64,000 nt of DNA from Eubacteriales bacterium (GTDB taxonomy: Bacteria > Bacillota > Clostridia > Oscillospirales > JAAYXM01). Shown in pieces: positions 1-9,745 of the stretch (positions are counted from its first letter, which is position 1; each line of letters opens with the position of its first letter). A program made the translations under genes and the position numbers. The stretch spans positions 3,540 through 67,539 of the forward strand of contig JAZQFJ010000093.1 of the NCBI GenBank assembly GCA_045539475.1, read 5' to 3'. The notes beneath the pieces were generated by a model. That model was not told the DNA's origin, did not search any database, and saw only the letters and a program-made list of their open reading frames with translations.

Positions 1-1495
1 ATTTATTCAGATAAACATATGATCCGTTGGCAGGCGCTCCCGAACTGGTCCTTGAAGAACCGGGACTAAAGACAAAATAATACTTTCCTGCCGGAAGTTC
101 TTTCGTTCCGAGAGATAATGTTTCACCAACCTCATCCGCATCAAACATTTTGCTTCTCAGCTTATTGTTGTCATTAATGCCTTCCTCTAATTTCGTTACA
201 CTGTTTGCGTCAAACAAATAGAGGTCAACATATGTTGTTTTGCCACGGGCAGCAGGAATAGCATCTACAGAAAGGCTATAATTTCCTTTTTGGGGAACAT
301 TGATTTCAAAAGCAATCCAATACATTTGGAATTCATTATCAGTTTTATCCGGATTCTGGGCTACAAGCGCAATCTCTCCGATTTTATCTAACGCCCTTAT
401 TCCTTTACTGCTCGCAGTAATATCTATATACCCTTGGGAATTAGCTACGTATTGCCAAAGGTTATTGTTTGTGTCATAGGTCAATGACGAATAAGGCGTT
501 GCAGGGGTTGTTACGAGGAATTTATCCTCAAAATTATACACGACCTTATTCCCGACAACCTCGCTTACTCCGGTTGCTTTTACGGTAAGGGTCTGCGGAG
601 CACTTGTTTTTGAAGTATTTCCCACAGTTACTGTTACGGTAATCTCAGTCGTTCCCGGAGCCATCGCAGATATTTCTCCGGTGGAACTGATTGTAGCAAC
701 AGCTTCGTTAGAGCTCTTAAACTGAATGGTAGCATTGTCAATCGGGAAGTCTTCTCCATTGGCGTCCTTTGCAGTTATGCTTGCACGTGTAACCTCACCT
801 TTGTAAAGCTCTTTTTCCTTGAGTGAAACAGATACACTTTCAAGCTCTGCTATCTCTTTTTCTTCAATGGTAAACTTATTCAGATAGACAAATGTCCCGT
901 TATTAGCTCTTTCGGACCCCGGACAGAAAACAAAGTAATGCTTACCTGCCGAAAGTTTCTTCGTTCCGAGAGATAAAGTTTCACCGACCTTATCCGCATC
1001 GAACTTTTTGCTTCTCAGCTTATTATTGTCATTAATGCCGTCCTCTAATTTCGTTACACTGTTTACGTCAAACAAATAGGCATCAACATATGTTGATGTG
1101 GCATATCCATTCGGAGTAGCGCCTACAGAAAGGCTATAGTATCCCGGTTCCGGAACATTGATTTCAAAAGCAATCCAAAACATTTTATAGTCGTTATCAG
1201 TTTTATCCGGATTCTGGGCTACAAGCGCAATCTCTCCGATTTCCTGAAGCGCTCTTATTCCCGTACCACTCGACTTGATCTCTGTATATCCTTGGGAATT
1301 GGCTACGTATTCCCAAAGGTTATTGTTCGTAGCATAGGTCAACTCCGAATAAGGCGTTAGCGGTTCGGTTACCGGAAACTTATCCTCAAAATCGTACACA
1401 ACCTTGCTCCCGACGACCTCACTTATTGAGTATGAAGTTGGAATCATCGCCAAAAGCATACTGCACGCAAGAATCATTGATAATAATTTTTTCAT
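1..1495 (-). CDS. Secreted repeat protein, partial (C-terminus beyond window start): signal peptide, then two ~286-aa modules of an unknown beta-sandwich-like domain separated by a Big_2-type Ig-like domain
   Basis: Not in the ORF track because there is no stop in the window. My own translation of the minus strand is open from ATG 1495 to base 1. AGGAGG lies 9 nt upstream. N-terminus MKKLLSMILACSMLLAMIPTSYS is signal-peptide-like. Segment SVSLKEKELYKGEVTRASITAKDANGEDF...ISSTGEISAMAPGTTEITVTV resembles Big_2. There is an internal 858-nt in-frame repeat. Confidence 0.75.
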   Translation of the reverse strand, partial: MKKLLSMILACSMLLAMIPTSYSISEVVGSKVVYDFEDKFPVTEPLTPYSELTYATNNNLWEYVANSQGYTEIKSSGTGIRALQEIGEIALVAQNPDKTDNDYKMFWIAFEINVPEPGYYSLSVGATPNGYATSTYVDAYLFDVNSVTKLEDGINDNNKLRSKKFDADKVGETLSLGTKKLSAGKHYFVFCPGSERANNGTFVYLNKFTIEEKEIAELESVSVSLKEKELYKGEVTRASITAKDANGEDFPIDNATIQFKSSNEAVATISSTGEISAMAPGTTEITVTVTVGNTSKTSAPQTLTVKATGVSEVVGNKVVYNFEDKFLVTTPATPYSSLTYDTNNNLWQYVANSQGYIDITASSKGIRALDKIGEIALVAQNPDKTDNEFQMYWIAFEINVPQKGNYSLSVDAIPAARGKTTYVDLYLFDANSVTKLEEGINDNNKLRSKMFDADEVGETLSLGTKELPAGKYYFVFSPGSSRTSSGAPANGSYVYLNK

Positions 1496-1535
1496 TAATA
1501 TTTTCCTCCTCATAAATTTTCTCCACACTATATTT

Positions 1536-3446
1536 TTACAGCTGTATGCTGCGAAGCTCAAGCGGTTCGAGCGTTACCGTCTGCTCTTTATCTCCGTTCA
1601 TTACCTTCACGATAACCGGTACGTCGTAGTCCGTATTGAGAAGGTACATCTTATTGCCCTCGTATACCGCCCAGCGTACGCGGTCGCTTCCGACAACCTT
1701 GATGTCACACTCGCGTGAGCTTGCGGAGATTATCTCACGGACTATTGCGCGGTATGTAAAATATATCGACTGATTACCCGGATAATTTATGCTTGTGAAG
1801 AGCGTTGCAACGCCGCGACCTACCTTATTCTCAATTACAGCCGGCATATCATACATCTTTTCTGTAAAGCCATCCGAGAGATATGCAATTGTCTTTCCCG
1901 AGCAGGTTGCAAAACGAAGATAATCTGCATAACCTGCAGTGAACATTGCATCGCAGCCTCCGGAGAGATATCTCGGATACTTCACGCGCGCATCAAGAGA
2001 ATCAAAGCGGAACTTAACTCCATTTATCGTTCTTCTGATTTCTCCGAAATGACGGCAGCCAAACAGCTCTTCTATGAGGTCATCATCTATCGGAATGTAT
2101 TCGCCGTTACGTTTTGTCTGTGTGTTAAGGTGTGCCGCACTCATAACAAGGTGACCGCCACGACGGACATATTCCGTAAGCTTTTTCATATTCTCCTCGG
2201 TCATTGTGTTCCAGCCGAGGAAAATGAGGTAATCGTATTCTGAAAGGTGATCAACATCCGCTTCAATCGGAACTATGTCAAACTGACCGTAAGCAGGCGT
2301 TGATGATGTGTCATACTCGCCGTAGTTTTCAGGCTCTGACCAGCTTCTTTTTTCGTTGAGTTCAAAGAGCAGCTTCCATGAATATTCAGGATCACTGTAG
2401 CCCCATTCCTCACTGTGGAACTGGTTGTAGAGGCAGCTTCTGCCCCACTTACCTGCCCATCCGTCATAGAGACCGGATACAAATCCGACTTTTGCTTTGG
2501 GTCCGCCTGCAGGTCGCGCGTCTCCCTTTATAACATCCTGCATCAAGGTGAGAACTCTTCTGTAGTTTGCACAGACTTCCGAATCTGCATCAAGCTCCAT
2601 ACCATAGCTGCGGACTTTTTTATCGCCGTTTTCAAGAACGAACATGCTTGATCCTGCAAGATAAGCATATTTGTATGTAAGCTCAAGTCTCTTCATTTTC
2701 AGCGGGTCTTCGTGGCGGAGGCCGCCGTACCATGCGTGGGCAACGTATGTTCCCCAGTGCTTTGCATCAAAGGCTTTTGCCGTGCCGCGGAAAATCGGGA
2801 CGAGGATATCCGAGTTTCCGGGGCAGATTTCAAGCACAGGCATCTCTATTCCCGCAGCGGCGTTGTGCTTTGCAAAGGCATTTGCTTCAACGCAATAGAA
2901 GTTTGGTGTGCCGAGCCTTTTTGCTATTTCAACGGGAGCACGGAGAGTTTCTATATACCCCTCATACGCTTCTTTCATATCGTTATATCGCTTCAGGCGG
3001 AAATTGCGATGACGGGAAATATATATCGTTCCATCATACGGGTCGCCGCCGATGCAGGTGTTCTGCTTTCCGACGCCTTCGCGCTCTACATAATATCCCG
3101 GAAGCTTGCAGGCATACTGGCTTCCCGTTTCACCGAACAGCTCGCCGAGGTAATACTCGCCTGCTATCTCTTTCATCTTTTCGATGGTATCGTCAGTCAG
3201 CCAGCTTTCTTGTCCATCAGGACATTGCTGAGTTGCATAAAGGAAAATAAAATAAATTTTATTCTCCGCAAGATACTTCGCCCATTCTATAAAGCTTTCC
3301 TGCGGAATATATTCTCCTCTCGGACGAATGGAAACAAAATTATAACCTGCGTCTATGCAACGTTCTTTTATTTCAACCAGGACTCTCTCTTTATCAAAAC
3401 CGGTCTCGCCAATATTGATGCCGTTTAATATAAGATCTCTTTCCAT
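1536..3446 (-). CDS. Conserved hypothetical protein, possibly glycoside-hydrolase-like (TIM-barrel-like N-terminal half, GH42-trimerisation/GATase1-like middle, beta-sandwich C-terminus)
   Basis: Long ORF. Start moved to MERDLILNG (ATG 3446), preceded by AAAGGGAAAA. The functional guess comes only from the general look of the sequence (e.g. YDYLIFLGWNTMTEENMKKLTEYVRRGGHLVMS). Confidence 0.55.
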   Translation of the reverse strand: MERDLILNGINIGETGFDKERVLVEIKERCIDAGYNFVSIRPRGEYIPQESFIEWAKYLAENKIYFIFLYATQQCPDGQESWLTDDTIEKMKEIAGEYYLGELFGETGSQYACKLPGYYVEREGVGKQNTCIGGDPYDGTIYISRHRNFRLKRYNDMKEAYEGYIETLRAPVEIAKRLGTPNFYCVEANAFAKHNAAAGIEMPVLEICPGNSDILVPIFRGTAKAFDAKHWGTYVAHAWYGGLRHEDPLKMKRLELTYKYAYLAGSSMFVLENGDKKVRSYGMELDADSEVCANYRRVLTLMQDVIKGDARPAGGPKAKVGFVSGLYDGWAGKWGRSCLYNQFHSEEWGYSDPEYSWKLLFELNEKRSWSEPENYGEYDTSSTPAYGQFDIVPIEADVDHLSEYDYLIFLGWNTMTEENMKKLTEYVRRGGHLVMSAAHLNTQTKRNGEYIPIDDDLIEELFGCRHFGEIRRTINGVKFRFDSLDARVKYPRYLSGGCDAMFTAGYADYLRFATCSGKTIAYLSDGFTEKMYDMPAVIENKVGRGVATLFTSINYPGNQSIYFTYRAIVREIISASSRECDIKVVGSDRVRWAVYEGNKMYLLNTDYDVPVIVKVMNGDKEQTVTLEPLELRSIQL

Positions 3447-3463
3447 AGTTTTCCCTTTCTTGT

Positions 3464-4735
3464 TTAACGCATATCCCAATCGCAGACAAACGCCGCAACT
3501 GTTTTTGCGAAATCCACCAATGCATCGCACTCTACAAATTCATCTTTGAGGTGCGCACCACCCTCGACGTTGAAGTCACGCCCGATGCCGAAGGAAAAGC
3601 TTTTTTTACTTCCGTTGTTGATAAAAATGTTCAAATCGGAAAGGCACGATGCTTCTTCGATTATCTCATTACCTGTTGCATCTTTTCCTGCGTTTTTCAA
3701 AAGCTTTATATACTCATTATCCGGCTCCGTAAAAGCATATCTGAAATATCGCGTTACCGGAGTGATTGCTTTGACATACACATCGCGCTCTTTCATTCGC
3801 GCATCGATGCGTTCTGACAAAGCATCCAGTTCCTTCGCTATTTCTTCTTCAGGTTTATCCGTATAGTATGAGAACTCAATATGCGCGCAGTTGCGGTCGT
3901 TGGTATTAAGACCTGACTGCATACAGAGAATACGCATTGACTGCTCGGGGATACTTGTTCCGTTAAAGTTCGGATTTTCAGAAAGCTCGCGATATCTCAT
4001 CTCGCCGAACTTATGAAGCTCTTCTTTCGCAACGGAAATTGCATCAATCATATCGTCAATGGTTATTGCTGCTTCATTCTTTGTCAGCGTCAGCTTTTCG
4101 CGTCTGCCGCCGACAGCGCAGTTCCATATACGCATATTCTTACAATCAAGGTTTACATAGACATCGCACGGGTATTTAAGACACGCTGCAAGCGCACCGT
4201 TTCCGCCGCCGAATTCTTCGTCGCAATAACCAGTGAAATACAAGTCATTTGAGAGGGTTACACCCAGGCTCTTAAAAGCTTCCAAGATAAACAGAACTGT
4301 TGCAACTGCGTATTTGTCATCGCATGCGCCTCTTCCGTAAATTCTGCCGTTTTTAATCTCACCGCCGAGCGGATTTACGCTCCAGAGGTTTTTATCGCCT
4401 ATCGGCATAGTGTCAAGATGTGCCGTGAACATTAGCTTTTTCTTTGGGTTTGTTCCGTTTACAATCCCGGTAACATTCGGGCGCTTATCGGTGTTTCTTC
4501 CGGCAAGGTACTCAAAATGCTCGCAAAATCCTGAAATGCTGTCAGGCGGGTAAACATCGCTTTTTGCGCCAAGCTCATCAAGCTGTTTTGCAACAAACGC
4601 CGCTATCTCTTTTTCGTTTCCATCTGTACCGAAATTTTCAGAATTTATTTTTATAAGCTTCGAAAGGATTTCAAAAAGCCTCTCCTTATTTTCTTCTATG
4701 TAGCTTAAAACCTTGCTTTTCATGATGTTATCCAT
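3464..4735 (-). CDS. M20 family metallopeptidase / deacylase (ArgE/DapE/ACY1-like)
   Basis: 423 aa. Motifs TAHLDTMP and GRGACDDK are typical of M20 metal-binding residues. GGAGAA RBS lies 8 nt upstream. Confidence 0.85.
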   Translation of the reverse strand: MDNIMKSKVLSYIEENKERLFEILSKLIKINSENFGTDGNEKEIAAFVAKQLDELGAKSDVYPPDSISGFCEHFEYLAGRNTDKRPNVTGIVNGTNPKKKLMFTAHLDTMPIGDKNLWSVNPLGGEIKNGRIYGRGACDDKYAVATVLFILEAFKSLGVTLSNDLYFTGYCDEEFGGGNGALAACLKYPCDVYVNLDCKNMRIWNCAVGGRREKLTLTKNEAAITIDDMIDAISVAKEELHKFGEMRYRELSENPNFNGTSIPEQSMRILCMQSGLNTNDRNCAHIEFSYYTDKPEEEIAKELDALSERIDARMKERDVYVKAITPVTRYFRYAFTEPDNEYIKLLKNAGKDATGNEIIEEASCLSDLNIFINNGSKKSFSFGIGRDFNVEGGAHLKDEFVECDALVDFAKTVAAFVCDWDMR

Positions 4736-4856
4736 TTTTTCTTCTCCTCTTTATGTTTATTTTCAATTCTAATCTAAATTCTTCAAAAAAACCACTACCA
4801 AAACGGGATATAAATTAGACAATATGATATAGCAAACAAACGAGGAGCCATTATAT

Positions 4857-6065
4857 CTACTCGCTTATAAATACCCCTTCGTATTCATAAATATACTTGC
4901 CGTCAAGGTACAGTTTCTTCAGCGCTCGCTGAAGGCTTGTATCCTCGGGTATGCTGTTGTAATCAACTTCTTTTGTGTACTGCATTTTGAACACAAAGTT
5001 GAAAACGTCAATCCCTTCCGTTTTTCCCGGATAAAGCATATATTTCTTTTGAAACGCAAGGATATTGGAGTTTTCGGAAAGAAATTCACGAAGCTTTGCA
5101 TCAAGCATCCAGCTATGGCAATGAAATGCTTTATACAGAAACTCCGGATAACAATTTTTAAAAACCTCGCGTGCGCGCGAATAGCTTTCGTCGCACGCCT
5201 CTTTTGTAAGCGCACCTTTGTTCGGGATATGCACCGAGAGGATCGGATCGCCCTTTTTTAAAAGTAGCTGCCATTCACTTTTCGGATATTCCGAAGGCTC
5301 AGCTGTGCAGTTCCCTTTTTCATCTGCACGGTGTCCTATAAAACTATCTTCCGTTTCCGTAACATCGGCGCGGAAGCTTTTTTCGTTATCTCTTTCCGGT
5401 GGTGTGCCCAAAAGCATGCCGGCAGAATTTATCTTGGCACCGTCAAACAGAACGGCAAGCTTTCCTGCTTTGTTTTCAAGGACAGTAATGTTACTTTCAA
5501 GCTCCGGCACCATCTGGAAGCGAAGTCTTCCGATGTTGAGTATTTTTTCATCAACATAAAGCTGCATATGATCAAAATACCGCTTAAGGTAGCCCGGTCT
5601 TCCGGTGCGTTCCTCGGTGAGATACACGCAGTCTTCAAACTGACGCAAAGTTTGGGAAATAATATCGTCCGGAACTCCGCGCTTTTCCAAGCTTTTATAC
5701 AGTTTCGGAATTGCCGTTATAATAACAATAAACGGGAGCAGGTCAAGCTCTGCTTCGTCTCCTTCCGCAAACTCAAACTCGCTTATATGCTCCATAAAGC
5801 TTTCACGCTTCTGCATTGCGCGATACAGAAACAGCGCATACACAGCAAGAGTTTCCCTTTCAAGTATCTTTTTGGCAGCGCGCTTTACATCGTCAATACA
5901 ATTTGAAATGCAGTTTTCAAATGAATTGACGTAATCAATATATTCTGTGCTGAGAAAAAACACACCGTCTTTCCAATACTCCTCAAGGGCACTTGAAAAA
6001 ATACCCTCAAAGCATTTATCGGGTGTTTTTAAACCAAGGCTTTTAAACAAAGCATTAAAATCCAT
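4857..6065 (-). CDS. Acyltransferase-domain protein (DUF5596 N-terminal plus GNAT-like C-terminal type)
   Basis: The track ORF is 405 aa. The second ATG (6065) has better AGGA spacing than 6074. The family assignment is recalled from similar Clostridial proteins and has not been searched. Confidence 0.55.
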   Translation of the reverse strand: MDFNALFKSLGLKTPDKCFEGIFSSALEEYWKDGVFFLSTEYIDYVNSFENCISNCIDDVKRAAKKILERETLAVYALFLYRAMQKRESFMEHISEFEFAEGDEAELDLLPFIVIITAIPKLYKSLEKRGVPDDIISQTLRQFEDCVYLTEERTGRPGYLKRYFDHMQLYVDEKILNIGRLRFQMVPELESNITVLENKAGKLAVLFDGAKINSAGMLLGTPPERDNEKSFRADVTETEDSFIGHRADEKGNCTAEPSEYPKSEWQLLLKKGDPILSVHIPNKGALTKEACDESYSRAREVFKNCYPEFLYKAFHCHSWMLDAKLREFLSENSNILAFQKKYMLYPGKTEGIDVFNFVFKMQYTKEVDYNSIPEDTSLQRALKKLYLDGKYIYEYEGVFISE

Positions 6066-6330
6066 ACCCGTCATTCCTATCAGAGTTTAAGCCGAGGGGA
6101 GCCGAACCCCTCAAGCCTTAAACTTGTTAAATTTTTATACTTTAAATTTGTCCTCCTCGCAAGGCGCCAGCCTTGCTTCGTCCTTCGCATTTAAATTATT
6201 TAAAATTTTCCTGCGTTTAAGGTCGAAGAGTTTAAAAACAAAAATTTCGGATGAAGTACAAAGAAAATTCAAAAATCATACTGGCGTATATTTGCAGAAT
6301 TTTCTGCAGTAGTTCGCTGAAATTATGTTT

Positions 6331-7431
6331 TTAAACCTTAAGGTGTTCGTCTCCCCTCGGCTTAACCGTCTTTCCTGTTGCAATGCTTTCATAAACTGCG
6401 TTCATTGCTTCAATCGTTCTCTTATGCCATTTGAGATTTATAAGCGGAGTTTTGTTATTTCTGATGTTGTCAACAAACTCGTCGATAAGACCAACCCACT
6501 CGTCAAAATATGTGTACTGAACGGTATAGCGGTCATTCGGGCATCCGTTGTGGTATACATTTGGACCAAAGCAATCCGCCATAACAGTTCCCTTTTCACC
6601 GTTAAGAGTGATGTTTACTTCCATACGCTTCGGGAAAACTTCCCAACCGGGACCCGGAACAGGAAGGCGCTCTTCCATCTTTGACCATGACGGGTCAAGA
6701 GAGAAAATCGTGCCATCCTTCATTCTTCCGATAACGGAAAGCATATCCTCTTCCTCAATATCAGGACGGATGTTCGGAGCGACTTCTGCATAAATGCTCT
6801 CAAAGTCGCTTCCGGTCATATGCCTTATCATATCAAAAATGTGCGGATGGTCGCAGAGTGCGCCGCCGCGGAAGCGGGAATCTCCGTCTTTTATGCTTAC
6901 GCGCTTGCCGTAGCTCTTTTCCGGAACGCCCTGCCACGGAAATGCCCATACGGGAGAAAGGGTTATGTTTGTTGCATTGAATGACTTAATCTTTCCGATT
7001 TCGCCGTTTTTGACAAGCTCTTTAAGTCTTGCGATGACGGGGTTATAATGCATTTCAAGCTCTATCTGACAAACGAGGTTATTTTCGTCAACGAGCTTTA
7101 TCATCTCGTCATATTGATCCATATCAAAGGTCGGAATCTTCATGGAAAGAATATGAATTCCGCGCTCTGCGCAAAGCTTCATCTGGCGAAGATGGTCGCT
7201 GTTTTCGCTGGCAAGAACAACAGCTTCAATCTCAGGATGTGCATCAAGCATTTCAAGCTCGCTGTCGTAGCACGGAATACCATCAACGCTGTTAAGGAAG
7301 ATTTTCTTTACATCATCATTTGCCGTTGATACTGCAACCCAATCAAGCTTCGGGTTTTCTTTGAGCACCTGATAATATTTTCTCGTATGTCCGTGAGTCA
7401 TACTCATCATAGCAATCTTTAAAGGCTTCAT
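6331..7431 (-). CDS. Gfo/Idh/MocA family oxidoreductase
   Basis: 366 aa. N-terminal Rossmann-type region MKPLKIAMMSMTHGHTRKY...AVVLASENSDH and a C-terminal alpha/beta domain typical of the family. Confidence 0.85.
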   Translation of the reverse strand: MKPLKIAMMSMTHGHTRKYYQVLKENPKLDWVAVSTANDDVKKIFLNSVDGIPCYDSELEMLDAHPEIEAVVLASENSDHLRQMKLCAERGIHILSMKIPTFDMDQYDEMIKLVDENNLVCQIELEMHYNPVIARLKELVKNGEIGKIKSFNATNITLSPVWAFPWQGVPEKSYGKRVSIKDGDSRFRGGALCDHPHIFDMIRHMTGSDFESIYAEVAPNIRPDIEEEDMLSVIGRMKDGTIFSLDPSWSKMEERLPVPGPGWEVFPKRMEVNITLNGEKGTVMADCFGPNVYHNGCPNDRYTVQYTYFDEWVGLIDEFVDNIRNNKTPLINLKWHKRTIEAMNAVYESIATGKTVKPRGDEHLKV

Positions 7432-7433
7432 AA

Positions 7434-8126
7434 TTACATTACCTCTCTTTCGCCGCTAAGTGCGGATTTCTTTGCCATCTCAACAAGCTTACAAAGATTT
7501 TCGTCCGCGGAAAGCATTTCATCGGAAGTGTTGTTCTGAGCAACGGAGAACGCCGCTCTTACAATTGCAATTTCATCTATTGAGAGACCGTAAAGCTCAA
7601 AATCAACATCAGTATATTTCTTGTTCGCGCTGCCGAACACATAAATTGAATCCTGCTTTAGCTGTGCATCAACGACAACATCGCAGGCGATACCGCGCTG
7701 TGAAATAATCTCATGCTTATCCTTTTCGATTTCGCCTTTTGCAAGTGTAGCCGAAATTTCAATCGTGCAAACAACGCCATCCTCGGTTGTTGCAATGGAG
7801 TTCATTACATTGCCATTTTCCATAACGGTTATGGATTTTATTTTTCTCTGCAATATAAACTGGCAGAGGTCAAGCTCACGGTAAAGTGCTTCATAAAGGT
7901 CTTTTCCGCTCTCAACTATTCTTGCAACGCGCATTACGCTTACACCGACAAGTGTGCCGTTGTTTACGATATTTTTAAGCTCGACAAATCTTCTTTCACT
8001 TCTGTGCGAAAGAATCGGAATTTCTTTTCCGTCGATTACAACTGTTTTTTTATCTTTTAATACTGCTTTTTTCTCTACCGAATACTTTTCGAGCAGAAAA
8101 TCAAGCTTTTCCTGAAGTTTATTCAT
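7434..8126 (-). CDS. Hypothetical protein (resembles the C-terminal domain of Gfo/Idh/MocA enzymes but has no Rossmann fold)
   Basis: 230-aa ORF. Its stop lies 3 nt before the Gfo/Idh/MocA start, so the two look translationally coupled. Confidence 0.55.
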   Translation of the reverse strand: MNKLQEKLDFLLEKYSVEKKAVLKDKKTVVIDGKEIPILSHRSERRFVELKNIVNNGTLVGVSVMRVARIVESGKDLYEALYRELDLCQFILQRKIKSITVMENGNVMNSIATTEDGVVCTIEISATLAKGEIEKDKHEIISQRGIACDVVVDAQLKQDSIYVFGSANKKYTDVDFELYGLSIDEIAIVRAAFSVAQNNTSDEMLSADENLCKLVEMAKKSALSGEREVM

Positions 8127-8145
8127 TATTGACAGCTCCTTTTCT

Positions 8146-8895
8146 TTAAAGCATTTTTACTCTTGGTCTGTATTTTTCAAGATATTTTGCGTTCTTTTCA
8201 TCGCCGCCCGGTGTGTTTGCACTCGACCATACAGGAGGTGTGATACCTCGGTCGATGCACTGCTTGACGGTTTCGATTTCAAGAAGGTGCGCTATGTAGA
8301 AGTCAATGATATTTGATACCGGTGCGATAGGCGTGTCAAGCCCCGGAACATTTACAACAGCATCACCGACAGGGTTGAAGTCCTCAATGCAGACATCTGC
8401 ATAGTCAAAAAGGTTTTTCTTGTTCGGGTGGCGGATGAAATGATCCTCCGGCATTTCCTTCTGCCACGCCTCACTTGATACAGCGATAATCTTGACTCCG
8501 CGCTTCTTTGCCTCTTCCGCCGCGTCAATCGTCGCAGGATTGATACCGATGTTGTGGAAGATGATGAGAACATCGTCCTTTTGCAAATCATAATATTTTA
8601 AAATTGCACTGCCGTAGTTTACTGTTCTTTCAAGCTCAAGATATTTAAGTGCCTGATTGAATACAGAAAGACCTGTTTCCATAATCGGGTTGATGCAGGA
8701 AAGACCTCCTGCGCGGAAGAACATCTCGCCAACCGGAAGGGTTGTATGTCCGCCGCCGCCGAAAACGTTGATAAGACGGTCGTTTGCGATTGCATCGCAC
8801 ATAAGCGATGCTGCCGCTTTGATATTCTCGGACTGAGTGCTGTTTACCTGCTCGAAATTTTTGAGCAAGCTTTCAAAATATCCGAAATCATTCAT
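8146..8895 (-). CDS. SIS (sugar isomerase/phosphosugar-binding) domain protein, UPF0309-type
   Basis: 249 aa. FGGGGHTTL and a nucleotide/phosphosugar-binding-like core. C-terminal YRPRVKML is shared with the paralog at 10420-11142. Confidence 0.8.
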   Translation of the reverse strand: MNDFGYFESLLKNFEQVNSTQSENIKAAASLMCDAIANDRLINVFGGGGHTTLPVGEMFFRAGGLSCINPIMETGLSVFNQALKYLELERTVNYGSAILKYYDLQKDDVLIIFHNIGINPATIDAAEEAKKRGVKIIAVSSEAWQKEMPEDHFIRHPNKKNLFDYADVCIEDFNPVGDAVVNVPGLDTPIAPVSNIIDFYIAHLLEIETVKQCIDRGITPPVWSSANTPGGDEKNAKYLEKYRPRVKML

Positions 8896-9730
8896 TTTTC
8901 ATTTTCTCCTCTATTTCTTTTCTTGTTGGAATTGAGCTTAGTACATACTTTTTCGTAACACTTAAACCGGACGCTACTACTGCATATTTACAAGCGGTTT
9001 TCACGTCCATTCCCTCTGCAAAGCAGACTGCAAGCACACCGTTAAAGGTGTCTCCTGCACCTGTGGTGTCAAGAGCATCCACTTTTAAGCTTTCAATAAA
9101 CATTTCATCGTTTATACTGCATCCACGGCTACCGAGCGTTGTTATGCAGTTTTGAAATCTGCTTATATCTATCGCCTGTCGCTCCTGCTCATTGGGTGTT
9201 ATTGCGAACACGCTTTCTGCAATATCATCCGAAATTTGCCTGATTGGTGCGGGGTTTAAGATTACTTTTACATTGTGCATTTTCGCAAGCTTCACCGCTG
9301 CTTCGTTTACTTCTGCAGGCACTTCGTGTTGCAGAAGCAGTACATCGCTTTCTGCTATTTCGCTTTCAAAAGCAAGAACATCCTCCGGTGATAGCTCTGC
9401 GGCGCGGTAAACCGTAACACGATTTTCTCCGTGCTTATCGGTAAGGATACACGCAAAGGTTGTTTTTTTATCCTTTGTTTTGAATATGCCTTTGATGTTG
9501 TTTTCCTTTGCACACTGTCTGCACTTTTCACCGTCGCGATCATCACCTATTGCAGTAAGAAATGAAACCTCTGCTCCCATTCGTGATGCGGCAATTGCCT
9601 GGTTTATGCCTTTGCCGCCGATTTCCTCATAAGCGCTTTCGGCAGCGAGAGTTTCACCGTTCTCGTGAAAATGGTCAACGTTCATAAATATTGAGTTTCC
9701 GCAAATGCCGATAACCGATATTTTTGCCAT
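8888..9730 (-). CDS. PfkB-family carbohydrate kinase (ribokinase-like)
   Basis: GGKGINQA near the N-terminus and DTTGAGDTFNG near the C-terminus are the PfkB signatures. Start set at ATG 9730, with GGAG 8 nt upstream. Confidence 0.85.
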   Translation of the reverse strand: MAKISVIGICGNSIFMNVDHFHENGETLAAESAYEEIGGKGINQAIAASRMGAEVSFLTAIGDDRDGEKCRQCAKENNIKGIFKTKDKKTTFACILTDKHGENRVTVYRAAELSPEDVLAFESEIAESDVLLLQHEVPAEVNEAAVKLAKMHNVKVILNPAPIRQISDDIAESVFAITPNEQERQAIDISRFQNCITTLGSRGCSINDEMFIESLKVDALDTTGAGDTFNGVLAVCFAEGMDVKTACKYAVVASGLSVTKKYVLSSIPTRKEIEEKMKNE

Positions 9731-9745
9731 ATGAAGCACTCCATT

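Noticed and set aside
1404-1718. 104-aa plus-strand ORF
   Set aside because: It is antisense to both the start of the secreted repeat protein and the end of the 636-aa gene, and it spans their intergenic RBS region.
2712-3428. 238-aa and 172-aa plus-strand ORFs inside the 636-aa gene
   Set aside because: They are antisense shadow frames with no start context, and the opposite-strand gene is far longer and coherent.
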